From the NCBI GenBank assembly GCA_040954595.2, contig CM082588.2:732613-796612 (forward strand): a stretch of DNA of 64,000 bases, in the 5' to 3' direction. Shown here piece by piece: positions 54,718 to 64,000 of this stretch. How positions within the stretch are numbered: the stretch's first letter is position 1; each line of letters opens with the position of its first letter. The stretch is from Balanoglossus misakiensis. Its lineage: Eukaryota; Animalia; Hemichordata. The notes beneath the pieces were generated by a model. It saw nothing but the letters and a program-made list of their open reading frames with translations. It had not been told where the DNA came from and did no database searches. The translations under genes were made by a program, and so were the position numbers.

Positions 54718-55992
54718 GCCTGCCTGCCTGCCTGCCTGTTTGTCTGTCTGTCGCACATGGAATTCATTACATGATCAATTACCATTCTCTCTTTGCTGTT
54801 TTCTTGCCTTTGCGCGAGAATGGACATCTTCTTTCAAATGTCCGATCACCCCTTATACCCGGCCATTGTATGATGCCCTTATCGTCTTCGGTGATATCAG
54901 GTTGGCATTTCGGCTGCCTTATGTCAGAAAGAGAAACACACTTCTCCTGACCGATTACATCTTCGTCGTCGGCTGTAGAACAACAATATACATGTTTTCA
55001 GAAAATTACACAAATACCATGTTAACATGTTCAAGAACTGAAATCAATACACAAACCATGGAACTAGATTTTCTGCATGGAAATAAAAGACAGGGAATCA
55101 ACTCACGAAATTGGCAGATAATATTCAGATATTTGGAGCAACATGCGTCATTCATCTTGAACCTATCCTCCACATTATGTGTAGTTTTCCTGTAACGAAT
55201 CAGAAAACAGAATACGATTCCTGACTAAAAAACATTTCAATGGAAGCGAAAATGTATGAAAATATTCGAGCGAAAACATTCAGAGCTCCAGACTGACGTG
55301 TGCACTGAAATAAAGTGTGAATCTCAAGTTAATTCAATCGCTTGCATCATCTTGGCATACGCACCTTAATTGGCAACATCCTTCCGTTCCTATGGCAACA
55401 GTGGGAGATTCCTCAGTCAGGTTTTCAGAAGAGCTGCAATCCGATTCGTCTGGTTGCCCAACCGCCCACATCGGATTGTTGTCCCCAACAACTGTACCGT
55501 CAAGCCACGAGAAACCATTTCCTTCTGTTTTATTACAACCTATCCAATATCCCTTGATCATTTGTCGCTTGAATCTGTCACGTGACATCAAGTGGTCCCT
55601 CACGGCGTCAAATTGGGAAGAGTTGGAAAACTCAGCCAGGTGGCCGCTGATTCCCAAGCTTTCTTGGTGAACATTCCCGCAAAAATCTTTGGCGTCATTC
55701 CAGTTTTCTTTGGAGAAGTGTTCGAGAAATATCTGGAACGTGTCGCTGCCAACCCTCACCAGATCTGAAAGGACATATCTTTATCAATCATAACATCAGA
55801 GGAATTCCCAAATAAAATGACATTTGTAGAATAGATTGTGAATTAAAAATTCCAATTCAATTAATTAAATATAGCCTTACGTTCACAGATTATAACTCTT
55901 TCTCCTTCTGGGAGTAGTCGTCTTGCTTCAATCGTTGTCAGATGAAACAGAATGATGAAAACAGTCACACTACCAGAGAGTAGTTTCGTCAT
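52601..55992 (-). CDS. 7TM-less adhesion-GPCR-derived protein: signal peptide-C-type lectin-HRM-GAIN/GPS-hydrophobic (GPI-signal-like) C-terminus, 619 aa (array gene 3)
   Basis: 12 exons: 55881-55992, 55365-55764, 55107-55189, 54783-54972, 54492-54613, 54128-54359, 53877-54045, 53566-53727, 53302-53418, 53128-53185, 52824-52936, 52601-52702. All are GT-AG with closing phases (1860 nt) and no internal stop. The lectin reads WNDAKDFC..YWIG..W..GQPD..CC..MNDACC..IICQF, the GPS reads CECDHL|TNFALID, and the last exon reads DIGRMNSATQKVFCMPVYLVYGIALLVLALMSG*. Confidence 0.88.
52961..53016. repeat. ~60-bp dispersed element with TCTCGCGAGA palindrome (copy B, inverted relative to copy A)
   Basis: GATTTTCTGTCCATTGCGAGATCTCGCGAGACTTGGTTGATTACAGTAGCAATGGG matches the reverse complement of 49238-49297. 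Confidence 0.7.
54647..54752. repeat. (TCTG)n/(CCTG)n microsatellite
   Basis: Tetranucleotide run in an intron of array gene 3. It explains the spurious LSVC/DRQT ORFs. Confidence 0.97.
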
Positions 55993-57078
55993 TTCGACTA
56001 AAAATGTAAACAATATCAAGAATTAAAGAACTCGTCGAAGGATGAAATACATCATGTACTGCGCCATCAACGTTACATTGTCACAGAAAAAACAGTTTAT
56101 CTGCGCAAATATTGACTGCCATAGAAACAGCAAGACTTTAATTTCAACGCCGATAACAAGCAACACGTTAAGCCTCTTACAGAAAAATCCCAATCGGTGA
56201 AATTCTTTAATAAACGAGAGCAAAGGTTAAGAATAACCACGAGGTAATGCACATGAATACAAAGACAAGATTAGAGGCGAGATACTTGAAGAACTGTGAA
56301 CTGTCCCAAAGCAAGAACGGATTAAGTCACCCTACTTTCCCGTACGAACTGTTTCGTGTTATGCCGTGAGGGGTCCTTAATTTACGTCATAACAAAATAC
56401 ATCGCTTAACCAGTAATTGACCTCGTGTGAAACAAATCGGCAAGTTGATATGGCAAGAAAGCAGTGCTGGAGACGTCATCGCCATCAAATATTGTGCTGT
56501 CGCCAAGGTAACGTAAGCAAGCGTCCGAAGAATGAAATTCTCACTTTGAACAAAGCGTCGAACTTGAAGGTACTCGATTGGAAATAAGTACGTTCCCTAA
56601 CTACAAGCTCAAGTCCTGCCTATCATACTCGTAGAGTTAACCTGAAACCCTTCAGAAAAATTTCCACCAAAGTTGCGTAAGAATAAAGCAAGTATGTGTT
56701 CACTCAACGTTATGGTGGGGGTGTAAGTTTGCGTCTTTTTCATATTCGAACTACGTGTGTTGAAAATATACAATTTTGTGTATTTTGACAGGATTTTTGA
56801 GACGAAATTACTTAAAGACATAAAGCATTCCTCTGATCTTCACAAAACGTGTTCATTCGCCGTTAATTTATACTTACCGTTTTAGTGAGGTGCTTCTGCT
56901 GCCTCTTCCTCCGATGTTACGTTCGGATTTGTTTTACCAAGCCAACAGACTTTGCCGTCTCGTGACTGTGTCTGTCTGTCTGTCTTCTAAACTGACACTA
57001 TGGTGGTGTTGAATCCGCGTCTAGTTTATATAGACGTCCCAACAAATGCAGAGCAAAATTTGAGACGGTTCAAACATA

Positions 57079-57650
57079 AAGGTAGTACCCGCCTCGAGGA
57101 CAGATTTCCAGAAAAATGATAGTCCTCCAAACAAAATTCTCTGCACCGTCTTATTTTCATGAAACTCAATACCTAAAATGTTCTGCACAGATTAACACAG
57201 AGGTTGGCGGCCATTTTAGATTGTCGAATTTGAGACACAATTTTGATTTCTTATTCAAACTTGTGAACGGTGCAGTGTGACCCCCCCCCCCATTTTTATT
57301 TTCAATTTTAAGAGAGATACGATAAAGTTTTCCTGTCAAGAAAACACTACTCCTTAGTGAATACAAATATTGAATTTCTCCCTGAGGCGACCACATGCAA
57401 CAATCTGTGTGCACTTTAAGAAGGATTAATTATCACCATTCGGGTTCAGTTAACTGTTAAAGGTAATATGTACCTCAGGGGCAGATTTTCAGAAAAAAAT
57501 ATAGTCCTCCCAACCATTCAGTTCTTTGTCATATCAAAATGTGTGAGAACTCTTTTTGGAAACAAAGAAATCGAATCGAAATACCTTCAGAAATAAATGA
57601 AAAAAAATTGCCCCTAAAGACGAACACTTACTGCTAATGGAGAGATTATA
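57079..57650. mobile_element. Two adjacent decayed copies of a non-autonomous DNA-transposon (MITE-like) family
   Basis: The same terminus occurs twice: AAGGTAGTACCCGCCTCGAGGACAGATTTCCAGAAAAATGATAGTCCTCC (57079) and AAGGTAATATGTACCTCAGGGGCAGATTTTCAGAAAAAAATATAGTCCTCC (57460). There is an internal GGCGGCCATTTT motif and a degenerate inverted end (GAGGCG..) near 57385. The family assignment is an inference. Confidence 0.5.
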
Positions 57651-57924
57651 ACACGTATTTTAACTGATCCAGGGCAATGATCCATGATGTGACCTTTGAC
57701 CCATGAACGTGATCAAAATCCTAAAGGAAACCAGTATATCACACAATTCGTGAGAAATCTATTAAAACGTGCAACACTGCACGTACCCACAGTCTTTGTT
57801 CTCTTGGGACATTATCTTCATGTGCCGTTGCATTTTGTCTGAACACATGATAACAATTGTTCATTGTTTATTTTGAAAGAGATGCTACCTCCTCCCGAAA
57901 GAATTTCTTTCGGATGCGTAGACT

Positions 57925-58565
57925 TGGTTCGGCCATCTTTCTCTGTAGTCTCTGCGCTGGGCTCGACCATTGGTTGGGGTTTCATTTCTACCTCGCACAG
58001 TTTCGCCTGAGTTGCAGAACCAGAACTTCATTGAATTACCTTGCTGACGTACAATTCCTTGTTTATAGAATTTACATTTACATGTTTTCGAGAGAAAAAT
58101 ACAGAAAACTTACTTACAGTAGAGGATGTGCGCAGTGGGGACTGCAAGCCAGGAGAAAGGGCCTTGATTTCCTTCAAGTCAACTTTCCATGACCGCTGGT
58201 TTATGTACATTATCTTCAACGAGGCTACCAAAATCTTGGAATATCCAGTCCATATCGTCACACTCACGACCTCCACTTGGTTGTCGGAAATTGCTCTGGG
58301 TAATGAATTGTCGTTTTTGTCACTACTTTCAGCGTGATGTTTGCACGACAAAGATTGAGTCTCGAATGATGGAAACGTGGTACCTCAATGATCATCTGAC
58401 AAATGAACTGGGTGACGACTATCCAATCGAAATGTGTCATTCACCAGGTGCATTTTGTGAAGCTTGTGATTGGTTGATGTGATTGAGAAATCGTTTAGCA
58501 TACCAAGATCACAGATGTTGCCTTAACAGGATCATGTACTCGTGTCGTGCAATCGTTCAGATATT
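57925..58565. repeat. Triplicated segment, copy 3 (downstream of array gene 4)
   Basis: Colinear with 37120-37810 over ~650 nt, including two exon-like blocks and the CCAAT-rich region. Confidence 0.85.
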
Positions 58566-59636
58566 GAACTCCATGCGGCTCTCATATCGTTCAATATCGC
58601 GTTCATTATACATACCACACAGTGTTGAAAGATCGAATTCAGAAACACTTTATATGGGTAGGGAACATATCACCATTTATTCAGGAAATCACAGAAAATC
58701 ACAATCTTGCTAGAGATGAACATATCATCAAAAGCTCGGAAACAATCCTTCAAAATGCCTTGCATTACCGGCACTAACACCGCAGATGATAAACCAGTAA
58801 ACGTTTCCACATACCCGTTTGTATAACTATATAAAGGCTTTGTGATAGAAGTCAAGCAATTTCCAAAACGAATGACTGTGTAAACATCTATACCAAAGTA
58901 CAAAATTTACCTAAAATGTTTGATGTGAAAACTATTTATGATTGATTTCTAAATGCAAGTATTCGTAAATAGCAAAGCAGTAAACCAATTCATTGTCGTT
59001 TTCACTTAATTTTTGCTACCCGAATTACGCAGTGTTCGACATTAAGGATGAAATCAATTAACTAAAACCCAGTCATTTAGGCAATTTTCTCCAGATCTGC
59101 CCTCGTGGGTTTGATAGAACAAAAACCGTTAAATCACATCTACACTTCTTCACCAATTGTAAATGCACGTCTTCAGAAAGATCAAATTCACAAAGTCAAG
59201 GTGTACAAGAAATTCTTTGATAAAGTTACAAATACTATAGTGAGATCCTTTGTTACATATGGATACATCGACAACCTCAGGTCTGTTATGTTTTATCGTC
59301 GTATAGTGCTAATAGAGCTTGTTAAAATATATGCTAATGGATGAGTACTCATGCAAAATATAACTATCATCTGAATTTTCTTTATGGTAAGGCACAAACA
59401 TCTAGTAATGAATTTGAAATCGCTCTTCAAGCATAAGTACTTTTTCATTAGTGGCAAGATTACATGCAAACTTGTGACTCAGTGGCAATGTATACGCTTA
59501 CTCAGCTACTGGTGTTACTCTCTCAAACAACTAATGGTTGAAAAATGAAGGTAGATCGTATTGAGTACCCTGCAGAATGTGTGACGTATTCTTCATATTG
59601 AGAATCCGATCCGTCATTAGAAGGATGAAGTAGCCA

Positions 59637-60948
59637 CTAACCGGACATCAAAGACCATGCCAGAAGAGACATACCGAACGCCAGGTAAACTGTTAAAGAC
59701 GCCATGTTCTGATTGGCCGAGTTGATCTTGTTGATATCCTGTTTGAAAGAAAATGCAAATTAAGTTAAATGACCAACTTCGTGTGTAGACTCATTCAGAT
59801 GACCCTTCCCCTTTAAAGCTCGAGCTCCTTGAATATTTGATTAGATTAGGTCTTATAAGTCATGCACAGAGATATGAATAGAAAGAGTAATATCACTCAC
59901 ATCAATGACTGCAAAGTTGGTAAGATGGTTACACTCGCACACGGTCACATTATTGGTTGCCTCGGCAACTAATTGGACGCATCCTTCTGATGACCAACCG
60001 CCCTCACCGTCTGAAATGAAAGATATCACCATTTTATTGAGTCAATAATTGTACTATCTTGTTGGTCCTTTTTGTGTCTTCAAATACTGGATATACGGAT
60101 ATACTTTTCTGACCAGTATATTTGAAATATGTACAATTATGTATGAAAAGTTTCACTTACCTTTCAGCTCGAAATCCCAGAAAACACAGCCAACATTTGG
60201 AGGACGCTCGTCACCATCCTATTAAAAATATTTGAGTTGTTAGAAGAGGTGACAGAAACAATTTATTAGACAATTTATTAGACAATTCACCTTGTGATTC
60301 TAGGGTCATATCATCGACTTAGAAAGCGAAGATCACCATCGAAGATAACAATGACAGTGTATACCTGTTCTTGATGTTCCAGTCGGAGCTTGACTTTATC
60401 CTTTAATCCAGTGATTCGGATATCTCCAATACTTGCAGAGATAACGCCACTGAGCCCGACAGCTGCGGTTTCATCAATTGCCTAAAACATGAAATGAAAC
60501 ACGTGATGTAACACAACGTGTCATGAAACAAAGTAGGTATGTATTGAACTTGTCCATTTTCTTCATTAGCCAATGTCATGGTGGTGATATAAACTTGTCA
60601 TGCAAATCTTGTGACTTTTTCACCTACCTCAAAGAAGGCGGTATCCTTGTAAGCTAGAAATTGCACCCTGTCGACCTTTTCCAACATTTCGGCGTCTAAA
60701 TCATCAAGCAGGGACATCGGTAGTTCAATTGAGGATCCATCTTCTTCATCATCTGATTCTGATTCCGATTCTGTTGACAGTTTTGTCTAAGTCAAATGAC
60801 AGGAATAAACTTTAGACACATTCTCATTTAAATGCTATTCACTTTGAATCTTTCGTTCGTCCATCTATTCACCAATCTACACACACACACCCATCCATCC
60901 ATCCAACAGTCCGTCTACTTATCTCCTACTTAAATACCTGTCTGTCTA

Positions 60949-60999
<51 letters not shown>

Positions 61000-63612
61000 G
61001 AAATGAACTTTAATTTGCCTTACTTTTCCAGCTGAAGACTTGAATTTAAATCCGGAAAACACTTCACGATCTATCTTTGCTACCGTCATGGCAACATTTG
61101 GAGTTTCTATGGTTACGGTATCGTTACCCATGTCCCCTTCCTCCAAGGCAACAGTCAAAGAAAGTTTCTCGATGACTTTGATGAGCCTGAAAGAGAATTA
61201 AAACAACTAACATTTGAATATATACCTCTAGTAGCATTGTGGAAAACTTTTTGTGTATAAACGATGCCGGGCCACTTGATACAACTGTTTGTTGAAGAAA
61301 CGTCTTAGCCTTATGTCATTTACTCATTAAGGAATTCGGTAGCCATATTGAACTACAGAACAACAACATTGCAGTAGTTATTCACCTTGATGCAGCATTG
61401 TCATTTTTCTGACTTGCTTTCAACACTCCACGACCGACTTTGGCCAAATTATCCACGCTTCTGAGAACATCTTTGGCCACCTCCACCTCTGTACCGTTCT
61501 CGCCACTGCTGTCCACAATATTCCCGGCAATGTCAACAGAATTTTCCATGTCGCTTTCCTCGAAGTTTTCTGCTCCTGCGGTTAGCTCGTTCAATTGCCT
61601 AGAAACTTTCTTGGCTTGCCCTGTCAAAAAAAGACAAAATATAATGCTCATTAAAATGTATGAAACAGTCAACCGCTCGATAATCTGCAAATGTCACATT
61701 TCCCACTCTTGCATGATGAGTTCAAGCAAAATGAAAATGAAAATTGAAAAGTTTAGAGGAGTATCGTTCTTCTAAAAAATCTGTTCCCAAGGCGCACACT
61801 ACTTTAACAAGGCTCATACCTCGTGGAATAGTTGTGTTGGCCAAATGATTGAGACGATTCCCGCGACTGACTTGACTCTGTGGAGTGCATTCTGAGGTAT
61901 CAGCGTCTCCCCATTCCACTCTGCCCCCAGCTGTTGTCAAACTGAGAGGAAAGGAGAGTTAATTATCATAATTATGCCTCAATTCATTAAAAGAACATCC
62001 TTTAGGGTATAAGCCTACAGTGTGAGTAAAATTAACAATGTCATCCACCATTAAAGGTACGTAAACGTTTTTGTACTGGTTAATTTGCAAACATTCAAAT
62101 ATTTACATCTTCGGACTTGATTTTCCGCTATCAGAATACATGTATAATGCTTGTGGATTGGCCAAGACAAAGAGCTGACCGACATAAGCTAAAATCTGCA
62201 ACCAATAGGCATCATCTTACCATTCCCTCGTTGCTTGCTTAGCGTTTCCCTGGGAAAATGGACACTTTCTTTGAACAAATTGACCACTTCTTGAAGACGG
62301 CCACTGTATGATCCCTTTATCGTCATCGGTCAGGTCAGAAGGGCATCTTGGTCCTCTTGGATCATTAACACAGGTGTCAGGACCGATCTGATCTCGTCCA
62401 CCAGCTTTCAACAAAATTGTAAAGATGTACGCGTCACCACAGTTGGTCTTGCTGTGATCACAGTCATGCATTTTTCGTCCTTTTCTCAATCTACAACATC
62501 CATTGCTTTAGATCATAACTGAAACAGTTTTTCCTTTGAACTTGTAAATCACAAACATAAGATTTTATGATTTTACTCACGAAATTGACAGATGAACTGC
62601 ATCTTCTGCGCGCAACAGGCGTCATCCATCTTAAACTGGTCATCATCATTCTGGTTATCATTCCTATCAACAAAAAGAAGGGACCAGTGTTCAATGCCAC
62701 CCCTCTCGAAAAGTTGAGAATAGAATATTCCAAAAGAATTGGCCCTGATTTTCGAGATGCTAACATTACACTTATAGCAGTTACACATCTAGTAAAGCAT
62801 ATTATATTAGCTCATAGTTTCAGGTCTGGTGACTCAGACTGGTGGCTATAATATGTACATACCATAAGCGACAGCATCCTTCGGTTGTCATAGTATCAGC
62901 GGTCGTTTGCTCCTCAGATGTATCGGAGCTGTTGCACACCGCATTATCTGGCTGTCCGTCTAACCATAACGAGTCGCCATCAGCAGTTGCGCCCCCAATC
63001 CACGCGAAGCCACTTCCGTCCGCCATTTTGTCGCAGCCAACCCAGAACCCTTTGACACTGCTGTGACTGAACCTATCGCTGTCTTTCAAGTGGTCTCGCA
63101 CGGCACTTGCGATCGTGGAGTTGGAAAGAACGGCCAAATTACCATCGAGACTAAATCGGTCTTGGTGCACCGTCTCACAAAACGCCTTAGCGTCACCCCA
63201 TCTTTCCTTCTGGAAACTTTCTGTGAATATTTGAAACGTGTCTTCTCCAATCCAGACCAGGTCTAAAAAGGCAATAATATCAAAATTTAGCAACAAATAA
63301 TTATAATAACTAAACGCAACTTATTCACGGATAATAATGACCACATTTGTCGGTGTGACGTCACTTGGATTCTTCTATGGTATAGAGAAGCTTGCCTGGT
63401 TTGACTATAAAAGTCATTCCGTTCATATCCTCACCTTGACAAAATATTTCATCCCTTGGAGGTGGACCTCCTCCTCTTCCTCCTCTTGGGGGAGGACCCT
63501 GGCCGCCAGATCCCCCTCCACTTGGGGGCGGGCCTTGTCCGCTCACTTCCAGCACTGTGACAAGAAGCAGTGCAATCAAGATAGCCACACCTGGGTACAG
63601 GAATTTCGCCAT
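59637..63612 (-). CDS. 7TM-less adhesion-GPCR-derived protein: signal peptide-Gly/Pro/Arg arm-C-type lectin-HRM-GAIN/GPS-hydrophobic (GPI-signal-like) C-terminus, 636 aa (array gene 4)
   Basis: 12 exons: 63435-63612, 62863-63262, 62581-62663, 62221-62404, 61820-61941, 61386-61620, 61024-61186, 60628-60786, 60365-60481, 60161-60218, 59901-60010, 59637-59738. Phases are identical to gene 3 (1911 nt) with no internal stop. The GPS reads CECNHL|TNFAVID and the last exon reads DINKINSANQNMASLTVYLAFGMSLLAWSLMSG*. Confidence 0.88.
60938..61000. repeat. (TCTG)n microsatellite
   Basis: Tetranucleotide run in an intron of array gene 4. Confidence 0.95.
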
Positions 63613-64000
63613 TTTATTCTAAAATCAAAATAACCCAGAAAATTTCACAAGGTTAGGTCGCAGTTTAGTTTATAATGAAACAACAGTGATCTCTTCGAAA
63701 CATTTCTTCTGAGATCCAACACGCGTCAAAGTAATACCACAGCCATAACCCGTGTGTCACTCCGGTATTTCGTTGGTATGAGTTGACCAAAGTTTAAACT
63801 CTGGGGCAGTCAATCATATTAAAGCAATGATTATATACGAGCAGGGATTCCCTCGATAAAGCCCCAATAGCTGTCACTTTTACCATATTTTATTGATAAA
63901 ATATTTTAACTTTCTCCTTAACTTGACTCTATTTTGACTTGTGGGGACTTTATTACCCGTGTGCTCAAACCATGAATGTACTCTTGCAATAGGCGCGCAA

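Noticed and set aside
54569-55195. 208-aa + strand ORF with LSVC repeats
   Set aside because: It is produced by the (TCTG)n microsatellite and the antisense of gene 3 exons.
63393-63400. Possible GC-AG donor (CCAG/GCAAGC) for gene 4 exon 1
   Set aside because: A canonical GT donor in the right phase exists at 63435 and matches the gene 3 junction (IFCQ/D vs IICE/H).
52601-63612. Interpreting genes 3 and 4 as truncated pseudogenes or assembly breaks
   Set aside because: Both keep 12 intact phase-consistent exons and the same stop position despite substantial divergence, which argues for selection.
1-64000. Prokaryotic-type systems (CRISPR arrays, operons, defence islands), tRNA and rRNA
   Set aside because: The sequence is spliced eukaryotic DNA. 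No regularly spaced repeat-spacer array or structural RNA gene was recognised.

Overview
This is eukaryotic, intron-rich DNA from an invertebrate deuterostome (hemichordate-, echinoderm- or cephalochordate-like; the taxon is inferred). Seven spliced protein-coding genes were reconstructed by hand from GT-AG junctions with consistent phases. On the + strand are PRDM13 (8901-25892), RSPH3 (27404-31195) and mitochondrial adrenodoxin FDX1 (32751-34156, absent from the ORF track). On the - strand is a tandem array of four ADGRG-related GAIN-domain genes. Gene 1 (38237-44234) is a full 7TM receptor with an unusual LRR + Ly6/uPAR ectodomain. Gene 2 (45974-50458) is a full 7TM receptor with no distal adhesion domain. 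Genes 3 and 4 (52601-55992, 59637-63612) are intact C-type lectin-HRM-GAIN/GPS genes with no 7TM. In both, the ancestral TM1 exon has become a 33-aa terminal exon that looks like a GPI-anchor signal (NSA...hydrophobic tail...LMSG-stop), and the Stachel agonist position is Asp. The most interesting signal is this complementary arrangement of a lectin-less receptor beside receptor-less, autoproteolytic, probably GPI-tethered lectins. Other features are a ~405-bp foldback in PRDM13 intron 2, a triplicated promoter/exon-like segment downstream of three array genes, MITE-like pieces, microsatellites and several motif clusters. No rRNA, tRNA or CRISPR was seen.
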